In this document: positions 21,017-32,800 of the stretch, piece by piece | How positions within the stretch are numbered: the stretch's first letter is position 1 | Layout of the letters: every line of letters starts with the position of its first letter | Position numbers and translations under genes: made by a program | NCBI RefSeq assembly: GCF_001194135.2 | Contig: NC_068985.1 | Span: 127,156,477-127,198,573, forward strand | DNA from: Octopus bimaculoides | Taxonomy: Eukaryota | Direction: 5' to 3' | Length of the DNA stretch: 42,097 nt | Notes under the pieces: model-generated | What the model saw: only the letters and a program-made list of their open reading frames with translations | Databases searched by the model: none | Told to the model about the DNA's origin: nothing

Positions 21017-21285
21017 GAAACAGATGTGGGCTGGTGACAGGAAGAGAATTTGGTCACAAATTCTGCCTCAACAAATTTTGTTTGGCTCATATAAGCATGA
21101 AAAGCAGATGTTGATGATGTTCTTTAGAATGCCATATGAATTGTGTTGTGTCCTTGTTGGCTAAATTTTACTTGCCTGTAGGTTTAGGTGGCACTCAGCT
21201 GTTGTGTAGTACATTTTTAGGAAGTACATCATTGGAGGGAAAGTAATTCATTTGGAAAAACAGAACCAGCCTCTTGCATCATTAA

Positions 21286-21507
21286 CCCTTTCGCATTTAA
21301 ACTGGCCGCATCTGGCTCAAAATATTTTATCTGTTTTATGTTCAAACTGGCCAGATCTAGCTTCTCACACCTACCTGACAGTGTCATTCAAATCATAAAC
21401 AATCACATCTTCAAAATCTCAATGCAACGAGTTAACGCATGATTAATAATTCAAAACGATGTGAATGAATGATTATTAAATTGGACAGTAATCTCAAAGC
21501 TAAAGGG
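21286..21507. mobile_element. piggyBac-type MITE with TTAA TSD
   Basis: TTAA|ccctttcgcatt...gctaaaggg|TTAA; related copy at 30644-30858. Confidence 0.8.
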
Positions 21508-21651
21508 TTAACTTGTTTTAAGGAAATAAATATTAACTGTGTAATGTTAAAAGATATGATTGCTGAGTTGTTCTTTAGCTTTAATTTATAATAATGACTT
21601 ATTTATCAGTTTCATATTTTTCACCTCTTAATTGATATTTTTTGACGAAAG

Positions 21652-21720
21652 GTCGAGGTGGAGCATCAATTTATGGCAAACATTTTGAGGATGAATTTTC
21701 AGATGACTTGAAACATACAG
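21652..21720 (+). CDS. PPIL1: PPIL1 exon 3 (69 nt; GRGGASIYGKHFEDEFSDDLKHT)
   Basis: Hand translation gives GG.SIYG..FEDE...LKH; acceptor ...gacgaaag|GT, donor CAG|GTAAAT; phase 1-1. Confidence 0.97.
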
Positions 21721-21852
21721 GTAAATACAATCTTTTTTTTTTTTTTTTTTTTTTTTGATGCTAGTTTGAGTTTAAAGAATACTTATTATTTGGGCATTAT
21801 TTTACAGTCAGATGAGCTTCTTGTTGCTAACCCTTGCTTGATTTTCAAGTAG

Positions 21853-22130
21853 GAGGTTGCACTAGGTTCCAGTCTGGTTTGGAATGGTTTCTATGGCTGG
21901 GTGTCCTTCCTAACACCAACCACTCCAAGAGTGTGATGGGTGCTTTTTATGTACCAAATATATGACACCAGCATCAGTCACGGCTACGATTTCACTTGGC
22001 TTGACAGGTTTTCTCAAGCACAGCATGTCACCAAAGGTCTTGGTTACTTATCACTGCCTCCTTGAGGCTCAATGTTCAAAGGGTGCTTTCTACATGCCAC
22101 CAATACAGGTGCTAGTTATGTGACACTGGC
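21853..22130 (-). mobile_element. RTE-type 3' fragment (older) in PPIL1 intron 3
   Basis: ctggtttggaatggtttctatggctgggtgtccttcctaacaccaaccac...cacttggcttgacaggttttctcaagcacagc (ORF end). Confidence 0.7.
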
Positions 22131-22294
22131 GGGATTTTTTTATTCCATTCATCTTCAAACCTCCAGAGTGGTTTGTTAGCAAGCAATGTCACCAATTTCC
22201 ACTAAAACAGTTTCCATATACAGATGCAGGATATGCACATTCACACAAACACATGCATGCACATACACACACACTCATGTAGATACGTGCACTT

Positions 22295-22456
22295 GATGGG
22301 CTTCCATACAGTTTCTCCTTTTTGATTCCATGCACGAGGTACTGGTCAATCTAAGGCTACTGTAGAAGACACTTGCTCAAAGTGCCATGCCGTAAGATAG
22401 AACTCGAAACCTCACAGTTACAAAGCAAATTCGTTACCTACACTGGTATACCTGCA
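22295..22456 (-). mobile_element. SINE family B
   Basis: gtagaagacacttgctcaaagtgccatgc...gaactcgaaacc on plus is the reverse complement of the family B body and head. Confidence 0.7.
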
Positions 22457-22524
22457 TCTGTGTGAAATATATCAAAATTCTTCAATGATTTAAACTTTAT
22501 TTGCTTTTTATTTACTCCTCCTTT

Positions 22525-22627
22525 ATTAGTTAATATGTATTATTATTATTAGTTAATATGTATTATTATTATTATTAATATGTATTATTATTATTATTAA
22601 TATGTATTATTATTATTATGTATTATT
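22525..22627. repeat. AT-rich minisatellite (ttaatatgta(tta)n units)
   Basis: Visible tandem units. Confidence 0.85.
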
Positions 22628-23029
22628 TATAGGATGCTTTAAGGTAGGGATAGTTGATCAATGATTAAGTGAGGACTGTTTGTCTGAAACAGTGGTTCTT
22701 AACCATTTTTTTTTTAGCTCTCCACCCCATCCTAAGGTAGTTGTAATGCCTAGCACCCATCTAAGTGGTGAGTGAGGTATCACGGCTAAACTAACTTAGC
22801 ATGGATGATAATTTATAAATTTTTACTCCAAAAATGGATTGCATGAGCTTTTAACAGTGAAATGATAAAAAAAAATTGATAAAGGCAAAGTTGTAAATTT
22901 ACGTTATACATTGCCAGTTAATGACTTCTTTGTGCCTGATGAGATCTCATTTTATTTTAATAACCATTACTAGTTTTATCATGTATAATATTACTGCGAT
23001 AGGTAAAATTTAGTATGTTAATTTCTAAT

Positions 23030-23640
23030 AAGTGAGAATTTGTTAGACGGCCTCCAGGAAAGCGAAACGATCCATGTTCCACAACAAAAAACAGTGAAGT
23101 TTGCGGTTAAGAGTCTGATGCTTTGGGGATACATAAAAAGTGATGGTTCAAAAAAGTTGGTTAAAATTTATGGTTACTTGAATAGTGTCAAATACATCCA
23201 GTTGCTAAAGGACAATTTGATACCAGACTTGGATGAAGGTGAGATTTTCCAGCATGAGGGAGCTCCATATTACAGATTGCATGCAACACAACAGTCTGGC
23301 TAATGAAGGTGTTACCGTATTGAAAGATTGGTCGGCTTAGAGCCCCGACTTAAATATCATTGAGCAAATGTGGACAGAACTAAGGAGGAGAGTTCGTCAG
23401 AAGAATCCACGCAATCTTGAAGAGTTGTGAAGATGGTATAGAATTTGTATGCATCTCTTTCTAGGCACACTGTAACAATTATTCAAGCTAAGGGAAGCCA
23501 CAATAACTGTTAACAATGTACAGTAACTTCTTGAAATGAACATTATGTTATAGATTTGCATTATAAATATTTTTCTGTTTTAAAACACTGTATCTTGATT
23601 GGTTTATGTGAGGTGGCCAAGAACTTTTGCATGGCCATTT
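23030..23640 (+). mobile_element. Decayed Tc1 (DD34E) transposase fragment plus right TIR
   Basis: KTVKF...LMLWGYI, LNSVKYIQLL, IFQHEGAP (QDNAP-like), SPDLNIIEQMW..LRR; TIR-like ggtggccaagaacttttgca at about 23612, with a similar end at 24025-24055. Confidence 0.85.
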
Positions 23641-23797
23641 TTGATAGTCGTCTCATATCTTCCCCTCTCATTTACAACCCCTACTACAAAATATAATGAT
23701 TAGGTATGGAAATGACTCCAACAGGGCCAATGTTTCATCTGTCAAAAAATGCAATGCAAAACATCCACTTACTCGTTGGCAATTAGTAGAAATTGTA

Positions 23798-24010
23798 AGG
23801 CGACGAGCTGGCAGAAACTTTAGTACGTGGGGTGAAATGCTTAGCGGTATTTCTTCTGTATTTATGTTCTGAGTTCAAATTTTGCCCAGGTCGACTTTGC
23901 CTTTCATCCTTTTGGGGTTGATAAATTAAGTACCAGTTGTGTACTGGAGTCAATCGAATCGACTGCCCCCCACCATTTCAGGCCTTTGTGCCCTAAGAAG
24001 GAAAGAATTA
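23798..24010 (+). mobile_element. SINE family A, full length
   Basis: aggcgacgagctggcagaa...ttctgagttcaaat...gtcgactttgcctttcatcctttggggttgataaattaagtaccag; the central domain resembles the Nin/Deu-type SINE domain (from memory). Confidence 0.85.
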
Positions 24011-24667
24011 GTACAATAGTTCAAAGTGGCCGAAGACTTTTGCATGGTATTGTATAATGGTGAATATTTATGTTTTTACATTTAGCACTGAAGACTGTGT
24101 CTTTGGGTTCACTTGCACTAGCCACATTTCTTAAACCAATTTACTTCAGACTTTCTTAGTTAATCATTGTAGAGTAAAAGCAGAATGTATTGCAGTATGG
24201 AGATACTGTTGGAAGTGAGAAATGTTGGTTGGTTCAACGAATCTCATTTGCAACTTTGTTATGAATAACCTTAAAAAAAAAAAATTCAGGTAACACTTGC
24301 ATGTGCTTATGACTTGATAGCATATACCATGCTTATGCTAATTGTTTGAGGTGCCTGTGTAATCACAAGCAGACTCAGACACCCTTTGGGGCCTTCCTGT
24401 TTTTGACTTAATGTAACCTTCACAATGGGAGGAGAGTAATGTACCTCAACACTCATGCCTCTTTTTTTATCAATGTTGAAAGGATGAAAAGCAATGTGAG
24501 CCGTGGCAGTTTTTAAACTCAGAGTGCAAAAAATTGGAACAAATATCACAATGTATTTTATCTGACACTAGTCTCTTTAATATATATAAAACCGCATTGT
24601 ATTTCTAGTGTTAACTTGATGGTAAAAATGACACTATGAGTTAATAAAACATTTGTGGAGTTATATA

Positions 24668-24750
24668 TTGGGTTGGTGCATAATTAACGATCGTTTTATA
24701 ATTTAATAATCAATTAAAAAAAAACGATTGCTAATTATGCACCATTTCAA
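24668..24750. mobile_element. 83-bp mariner MITE (MADE1-like architecture)
   Basis: TA|ttgggttggtgcataatta...taattatgcaccatttcaa|TA. Confidence 0.75.
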
Positions 24751-24989
24751 TAGAACTCCTTTTTGTAGTCCTGAACTCTTCCTTTCATGTAATAATAAGA
24801 CTAGAATGTCTTAAGCTGTGATATAGTGAAGTGATATGATATAGACCAGGTACTGGTGATTGCATACAGAGTAGAAACAAACTATGTCTCCTATCACTAG
24901 AGGAACATCTTACTAGCTCACTTAGCTGCAACCCACATATATATATGCAAAATATCTGCTATGATTGTAGTATTGGATTTTACTTTCAG

Positions 24990-25207
24990 GTGCTGGTATT
25001 TTATCTATGGCCAACAGTGGACCTAATTCTAATGGAAGCCAGTTTTTCATAACCCTAGCTCCAACACAGTGGCTGGATGGCAAGCACACTATCTTTGGTC
25101 GTGTCAGCACTGGAATTTCTGTTGTTCAAAGCATTGGACTTGTAGAGACAGATAGCAATGATCGACTAGTTGATGAAGTGCAAGTTCTAAGTGCAACCCC
25201 TTCATAA
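24990..25207 (+). CDS. PPIL1: PPIL1 exon 4 ([39 protein letters not shown]...ATPS*)
   Basis: [27 protein letters not shown] motif; acceptor ttttactttcag|GT; TAA at 25205-25207. Spliced CDS = 62+155+69+218 = 504 nt, 167 aa. Internal exon sizes equal those I recall for human PPIL1 (155, 69). Confidence 0.98.
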
Positions 25208-25264
25208 TGCTGGACTTCCATGTGTGTGTGTATATCTCTACATATGTATATATATAGATATATA

Positions 25265-25437
25265 TAAATTCTCAAATGCAGGATAATGCTAATAATATAG
25301 CCTGAACAGAATAAGCTACCCCTATTTTACAGAAAAAAGTGTGGGTGGCCAGGCCGCCCACACTTTTTTCTGTAAAATAGGGGTAGCTTATTCTGTTCAG
25401 GCTATATTATTAACATTATCCTGCATTTGAGAATTTA
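25265..25437 (+). repeat. 173-bp near-perfect palindrome (86-bp arms) 58 nt after the PPIL1 stop; probable foldback MITE with TA ends
   Basis: Arms 25265-25350 and 25352-25437; one C.A mismatch and one U.G wobble. Confidence 0.97.
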
Positions 25438-25989
25438 AAATCACTTCTTTAACTTTCTAAGACATCTCAACGCTTCTAAAAGCAAACTTCGTTTGTTTGT
25501 TTACGTTTATTGTAATTTGAATTTATAGATATATATGCTTTTTTTTGGTGTTTTGGTTTTTCTTTTTGATGGCATTTGAAATAGATAAAACTATAAATAA
25601 TAGTATGCAGAATTTTGGGTTAAAAAACTCCTTGGGGAAAAATTGAAGGCTCGTCTATATGTTAATATTTATAACATTATCTGCTTTGAGTTCTAGCGCT
25701 TTAAAAAAAAGAAAGATGATTTATTTCATATCTCTTGAAGTTTTCTGAATTCTTGCAACATAAACTACACACACTGTTGGATTGGATTGTTTCCATGACA
25801 TGCCTTTCAGTGCCTTATGGAGTTGGATGCTGGTGATGGTCTATTAACACCAGAGTTCTAGCAAGTTACATTCCAGTATAGCCTCTTCTTTATTTCTAAG
25901 AAAGAAATCACTGCATGTCACCATCAATTTCCATGCTCTTTCATACTTCCATTTAGTAACTTTGATTTACTGTAGAATAGACAAGAAAC

Positions 25990-26175
25990 ATCCCGATAAG
26001 CTGGAACTGAAATCTTGTTGCAGTTTCCAACAACAATCATTTTCATTTGTACATTATTTACATTTGACGGATATTTGTTCTCATCTTGTTTGTTGATACG
26101 TTTTGGCTGATATACCTGCCAACCTTCATCAGGTATCTTGGGGAAATTTTGAACCTGGGTTCTCATTCTACAAAA
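25990..26175 (-). mobile_element. Solo Penelope pLTR fragment (family of 2525-2660) with hammerhead remnant at 26095-26137
   Basis: aatgagaaccca...aagatacctgatgaaggttgg...tatatcagccaaaacg...aacaaacaagatgag.acaaatat...aatgtaaataatgt aligns to the element 1 3' end. Confidence 0.85.
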
Positions 26176-26252
26176 GAAACGGCATTTTAAAATTTTAATC
26201 CCCACCCCCAATTCTTCAATTTTCACTTTTTACAGAATTTCTTTTTGCAAAA

Positions 26253-26292
26253 TACGTAGAAAAATATGGAGATCTCCATATTTTTCTACATA
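26253..26292. repeat. Perfect 34-bp loopless palindrome (26256-26289)
   Basis: gtagaaaaatatggaga|tctccatatttttctac. Confidence 0.95.
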
Positions 26293-27250
26293 CTTTAAAA
26301 TGGCATTTTTTTTTTTTTTTTTGCAGAATTAGAATCTCGTTACTCGAAAATGGGGGTTTCTGTAAAAAACAAAACAAAGGGGGTGTGGTCCACATTCTTT
26401 ATGTCCGCCGTAGCAGGTATTGTTATATTTTGGGATGGTAATTTTTTTCCTTTTTTTTTTTTACCAAATAAACACGCATACTATATACTCATTCTCCATT
26501 TCAGCTTTATTGTTATTCTTATTTTAGTATCCTTTGTCTGCAATATTTCATCACACATCATGTGATCTCTTCAGTGACCCATCCATCCCACATATCTATT
26601 GTCATGTTTAGTCTATTCCGTCTTTCTATGTGTATCTTTATCCGCGCATGCGTTTGCGTCTGTGTGTTTTGTGTGCGTGTTGGAGCTTGCTTAATATGCT
26701 GTTTGCATCCGTGAACTTTTTTTAGTTTTGTTGTTTCTTTATGAAAGAAAAATAAATGGCAAAAAAAAAAAAAAATAGCCATCCCGAAATATAACTATAT
26801 TAATTTAACTGTAGAGAAAAAGGTTAAAAAAATGAATCTTCAAAATAAGAGGGAAATGTCATGAGTTACATACCCTGGCCTTTGCTTGTCTCTTTAACAG
26901 TTGAAGTAGATGAAGGGGAGAAACTTCTGACATTTTCATCTTTTTACTTTCTCTTTCCTAAAAGTGGTGGTTTGTAATTTGTTGGAGAGTTAATAAAATA
27001 TCTTGCTGTATTTGTTCAAGCTCTTTATATTCTGAGTTTTAATCCTACAGAATTCATCTTTCACTTTCATTCTTCTAAGAACAAGTGAGAAAAGTATCAG
27101 TTAAGTATTGGAGTTCGATTTTCCTGAGTGTCGATCTGTATCAGTATGTAATGTGTTCACATTAAGCTTTTGCTCAGCTGGGAGATCCTAGTTGAAATGT
27201 TACACTGTTTGAAGTATGCTTACATCACGTTAATAATAACCATCTGTAAT

Positions 27251-27456
27251 AAGCTGGCAGAATCCTCAGCAGGCTGGGCGAAATGTTTAATGGCATTTCG
27301 TCTGTCTTTACGTTCTGAGATCAAATCCGCTGGGGGTCGACTTTGCCTTTTACAGTTTTGGGGTCTATAAAATAGGTACCAGTTGAATAGTGGACTCATT
27401 GTAATCGATTTGCGACCTCCCACGAAATTGCTGGCCTTGTGCCGAAATTTGATATT
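27251..27456 (+). mobile_element. SINE family A
   Basis: agctggcagaatc...ttacgttctgagatcaaatccgc...gtcgactttgcc...taccagttgaatagtgg. Confidence 0.8.
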
Positions 27457-27671
27457 AATATTATCCATATATTACCCTATAGTATTGCCAACACAATGGA
27501 CACACACACACACACACTATCATTCGTTCACACATACGCTCTTCAGCAGAGCCTATTAAAAGGAGTAATGTGAAAGGAAAAAAAATGCCTTTCCCTTTTG
27601 AGAAATGCTTAAATAGTTCGTTTTTAACTGTAGAAATCAAAGCAGATAAACCTATAAATAATAGTATGTAT

Positions 27672-28073
27672 ATGAGAAGACCCGGCAAGCCAAGTAAGAT
27701 CGTTGCCAGTGCCCCTGGACTGGTTCTTGTGCGGGTGGCACATGAGATGCACCATTTTGAGCGTGGCCGTTGCCAGTACCGCCTGACTGGCTCCTGTAGG
27801 ATTTTCGAGCGAGATCGTTGCCAGTGCCCCTGGACTGGCTTGTGCGGGTGGCACATAAAAGACACCATTTCGAGCGTGGCCGTTTTCGTGCGGGTGACAC
27901 GTAAAAGCACCCACTACACTCTCTGAGTGGTTGGCGTTAGGAAGGGCATCCAGCTGTAGAAACTCTGCCAAATCAGACTGGAGCCTGGTGTTGCCATCCG
28001 GTTTCACCAGTCCTCAGTCAAATCGTCCAACCCATGCTAGCATGGAAAGCGGACGTTAAACGATGATGATGAT
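27672..28073 (+). mobile_element. Young RTE-type 3' fragment with modular UTR
   Basis: Starts at the ORF end gagaagacccggcaagccaagt; the last 180 nt differ from 1-180 at one base. Confidence 0.85.
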
Positions 28074-28999
28074 ATTGGGTTAAAAGTCAAAAGCAGCCTT
28101 CACCTTTTTCTCTCCAAAAGGGTTTTGCAACTCAATATTTACATGCTATTATCAATAGTTTTATCTGCTCTGAATATTACGGCTAAAAACGAATTCACGA
28201 TCACTTGAAGTTTCTAAATTCTTATGATGTAAGTTTTTTATTATATTTTACTGTAACTGATGAACAATTGCATTGTTAAATTTGTCTATTTTATGTTATA
28301 CCAAGTGAATAATACATTAGTTTTATTTATTTTATGTCGTATTATGTGAATAATAGTGACATTGGTGACAAGTTTCAAATGTGCCAATCACTGGCTTGCT
28401 TCACCACTGTTACTCAGAGGGCTTCAGTCCAAAAGCACTAGCTTTTTGCCAATGCTTACATCCTTCAGTGCTAAAGTTTATTATGGAGTATGCTCAAAGA
28501 CTTTAGTCATCACTGCATTAAGATAGATAGAAATGTCTGTCATGTTTATACGCTCTTACCATAGACACAGTAGAAAAAGGACCAGCTGCACAAGGTTTGG
28601 TCAACTATCCTTATAGTGTCAACAGCAATCTGTATCTCTATTGTTGTTATTGCTTATAATTAAATCAAGTAGATTGATTTGTGCCACACATTTTCAATTG
28701 TTCTCTTACATAAGTTAGTTATGTGTCGGTATTGTTTACTTTTCATACTAGACTTTTTTATAAAGTATACCCAAAGATTTTAGCTGTCATTGTGTTCATA
28801 AAGTAAATTTACTAAATGTAAACATTTTCAATGTTATATAGCAAAAGACACACCTGCAAACGCTACTAGAATATTAATTCAGGTGAGTTGTCAGTACTTT
28901 TCATTCAGAGTCAGTTACAATTGCTTATGATATTTTTCTGTGGCATTTGCCTAAACACTTCAACAGTTGAAGTTGTTTATTGTCCATAAAACTACCATC

Positions 29000-29690
29000 A
29001 AGACTCACAGCTTTTTGACATCCTCAGAACTGCATCTAGGGAAACATCTACGTATCTTTTCATCAATTACCCAGAGATCAACTCAGACACCTTTCACTGG
29101 TTGCTTAGCACAAATGATTTCCTTGACCTAGTGCTGAATTCAAACTGATCCCAAATAGTCACCTCCCTCTCAAGAAATATTAACACTTTGCATCTGCTAT
29201 TCACCACTGCTATTGAAACCATTCTCAGCATCACCATCAGGGACCCTTTAGGTAACCCCAATCACACTATATTCATTGCCAGTCTACCTCATATGAGCAG
29301 AAAAGAAAGCTATCATTACCTTGTTTTGACTAGAATAAAGCTAACTATAACTCCTATTCTACTTAGTTACAGTGCCCAAACCGGCTTATATTTTATGATT
29401 CCAAAGATGTCAATACCATCCTTCAACACACCCTTGCTTCCATCTTAGCTGCTTGCAAAGTATCAGCACCATTAGGAACCCTAGAAGTGTAATATGAGAG
29501 ACAGCAGCAGTCTGTCTTGCTAGGAAAGAACAACAGGATGCTGGATACAAATTCAGATTTTACAGAACAGAAGATAACAGAGGGTTTAAACAAGCATCCA
29601 ACCGTATCAACCAAATGACTCAAAGGGCAATACTTAAATTTGAACAACCAAACTGTAACATGTTCTGGAATAATATGCATTCAATACAGA
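29000..29690 (+). mobile_element. Old CR1/L2-like LINE fragment (endonuclease C-terminus/tether)
   Basis: Decayed frames contain LDLVL, LGNPNHTI (LG.SDH-like) and FKQASNR; weak. Confidence 0.45.
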
Positions 29691-30643
29691 GGCCTCGTTC
29701 TATATATGTGACTGGCTTCCACACAGTTTCTGTGTGGTTGAATCTCTCTTGCACGACCAATTGCTGGACTTGTCTATTTTAAGTTCCTTTGCGCCTCTCT
29801 TAGAGTATTCTTGAACTTAAAATACTTCAAGTAATGGAATGTTTTATGTGAACAGGAAGAAGAGAAGTCAAATGTTTCAGATACTTGAATTTCTTCAGAG
29901 AGAGAGAGAGGCTATCTAGGTTGCAAAATTATGAACAAAAAGAGTGGAGTAATGTTTAGGGTAGATGTGAAGAGGGAGGAGAGGAAACCAGTGTACTGTG
30001 ATGGGAGTGTTGTAGGAGATGCATGCTGCAGAAGAGGATGGGTGGTCAAAATAGAAATGAAATAAAGGTCAGTTGAATTGTGAATGAGACAGGAGATAAG
30101 AGAACAAGTAAAGCAAGAAGCTGGGGACAAAGAGACATATACACCATAACATGGTGTCACATACAAGGATAATGAAAAAGTGAGCGAGGGGAATGAGCTA
30201 GCAGGAATGGTCAGAACAAGTGAGTTTGTATGACTGGCAAAATGTGATGAACTGGAATGTCAGGAATGACGAGAACTGAAACAGAAAAGTGTGGTAGGGA
30301 ATAGGAGCAAGAGTCAAAGATAGCAGAGTGACCAGGTACAAGAACTAAATCTAATTGTTCATTTTGTAAATTTATTTATATATGTAATTGTTCTTTACAG
30401 TGAGTCTTAATTTTAATTTTGTTCCTCATCAAGGTTGGCAGTGGTATTGCTACCAACTATTAAATTACGAAAGCCAACAAAAGAAAAATTTCTTATTTTT
30501 GGAATCCTGATTCCAAATTTACCACCAGTTTTGCCCAATCACCTCTAGTTTTGGCTATACATATATATATATTGATTTAGCTACTTGCACTCCACATTTA
30601 AGAAGCCTAGTTGCATCTTACATTTTGGCGCTTTAGAAGTTAA

Positions 30644-30858
30644 CCCTTTAGCATTCATATTACTCTCTGAAATGTAATGCTTATTTATTCACAGTTTTGA
30701 ATTAATCATGCATTACCTTGTAGGCAAGACATTTTCATGATGTGATTGCTTAGTTTTAAAAAGATGTAGTAAAGATGTAAGAGGCCAGATCTGGCCAGTT
30801 TTAACATAAAACTGGTTGCATATTTAGTCTGGATGTGGCCTGTTTGAATGCTAAAGAG
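30644..30858. mobile_element. piggyBac-type MITE, second copy
   Basis: TTAA|ccctttagcattc...gaatgctaaagag|TTAA; reverse orientation of 21286-21507 (shared ggccagatct..., aattaatcatgc). Confidence 0.75.
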
Positions 30859-30976
30859 TTAAACCTATTTTATGAAATATTTTAGTTGCTGATCTCTAAA
30901 ATGATGTTTTGCCCAATCTGTTCTAACTAGTCAATGATCTGCTATTTAGTTACAAAAATAACAATATTAATATATT

Positions 30977-31186
30977 GTTTCTAAATTTGGCACATGACCA
31001 GCAATTTTGGTGGGAGGAGTAAAATTGATAACATCAACCCTAGTACTAGACTGGTACTTTATTTTATTGGTCCCGAAAGGATGAAAGGCAAAATTGATCT
31101 TGGCAGGACGTGAACTCAGAATATAAGAAGCTAGAAGAAATACTGCTAAGTATTTTGTCTAAGATGCTGACAATTCTTGCAGCCTT
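30977..31186 (-). mobile_element. SINE family A
   Basis: ctggtacttt...cccgaaaggatgaaaggcaaaatt...gaactcagaa. Confidence 0.75.
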
Positions 31187-31329
31187 AAACAGTTTATTTC
31201 AGCATAAAAGCTTAGAGTAAAGATTTTGTGAAATGAAAAATACCAAAAATCATTTGTACTAAGAGAATTATGTGAATTATGTAAATTGAATGGAAAACAA
31301 AAATTAATAACGAGCACTCAAAGAGTATA

Positions 31330-32763
31330 AACCTCCACCAAGGCAACACCAATGTCCTCATTTTTTTAGTGCCCACATGGGACTAAATATAGAGGTTATA
31401 CAATACAAAGACAATACAAAACATAAAATCGGGGAAATAAAGATATAAAAAAGAAATCAAGCAAGGAAGAAAAAATAAAAGGAAGAAATGAACTTATGAA
31501 TAATGAGGCGTAATGCCCACTTGACCCCTGAAGTCGAGTGGTTACATTTAGACAGGATTTTGGACAGTCAGTTTTACCACTTTTGTTCTTTTTTTTAAAA
31601 AACAAAAGTTCACATTTTCATCATTTTTTTTTTATATTGTTCATATTACATTTAATATTTTTGTCTGAAATTTTCAAACTTGGCATGTTCCACCACAGGC
31701 AGCATTGCATTATACAACACCAGCCCGTCAATCATAGTTACCAATTCATCATAAGAATCAATGAACACTTTGTATCTTTTGTTGTTCAGTAGAACACATC
31801 TTTCAGTCTCCTTGAAATTCTCCCTGGGTAGCTTCACCCTAACCAAACCCTTCCACTTGGATATTCTTCTTTCTACCTTTACATAGCAAACCAAGAATCC
31901 TTTATGCTTGTAATCTTCCTCTCTTTGTTCCATCTCCACTGCACACGTATAATCGAGCTTAGACGGCTCCCCACCTCCCCTGGGCGTCCTCCCCTTTTGG
32001 GGCCAATAAACCCGTCACTCCTCTCCTTTGTGGGCTTCGCTCTGTCTTCCTTCGTCCTCACCTCCTCCTCTGCGTCTTCGACACACCCTGCATCTCTCCT
32101 GCCATCCCCGTCCCTCCCTGCTTCGATTCCCTCTTCAATTTCCATCTGCTCCCCCTCCACAGCCTTCTCACTCTGCTTGTGCCTGGGGCACTGCGTCCTC
32201 ATCTGCCCTCCCACCCCACATCCGTAACAATTGGGTTGACGACCTTCAGCGACCACTCCAAAGGAAGCCCCTCCCGCAATCTCTACCTGGTAGGGGACTC
32301 CTTCCATGTCCCTGAATGTGGAAAAAAGCCACATCTTGACACCGCATCCCTAACAGCTCAACACATTCGCTCCTCCCACCGGTCCCAACTCTGGACTGCC
32401 CCCGGTGGCAACCACAATAGCTGCCACCAACCCCCCTATCCCCATTTCAGGCAGTACTCCTCCCATTCAAATTCGAACACCATGCCCTCCCCCACACGTG
32501 GGCAGCAGCGCTACCTTGTCCGAACGTAGAACAGCGGTGGAGTATGAGGCCACCTCCTCTTTGGTGGCAAACCTCACCTCCACCGCACTTCCTTCCTCTG
32601 CTCACAAATGTCGCCTTCCTCATTAGGGCTCCCAAACACTCCTCCAACAGGACCTCCACTTTGTTGGTGGCAACTGCCCTTGTGCGTCACACCACCGTCC
32701 CATCACTCCCATCATCCACAGTTTCGTCAGGAGGGATCAGCTCAACTGTGTTTCCGTCTCCTT
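31330..32763 (-). mobile_element. L1/Tx1-like LINE derivative: decayed ORF1 with zinc knuckle, ORF2 essentially absent
   Basis: GC-richer. Frames give VRI*MGGVLPE and VAEGRQPNCYGCGVGGQMRTQCP (CCHC with H>Q), then an acidic tail, followed by an AT-rich 3' end. Confidence 0.55.
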
Positions 32764-32800
32764 GCCTCGATGGGGATTTCGTGCCCTTTTCGAGCGGGGT

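Noticed and set aside
28560-28882. Isolated splice-like signals (minus donor at 28560; plus 41-nt exon 28842-28882)
   Set aside because: Weak partner sites, no recognisable peptide and no neighbouring exons.
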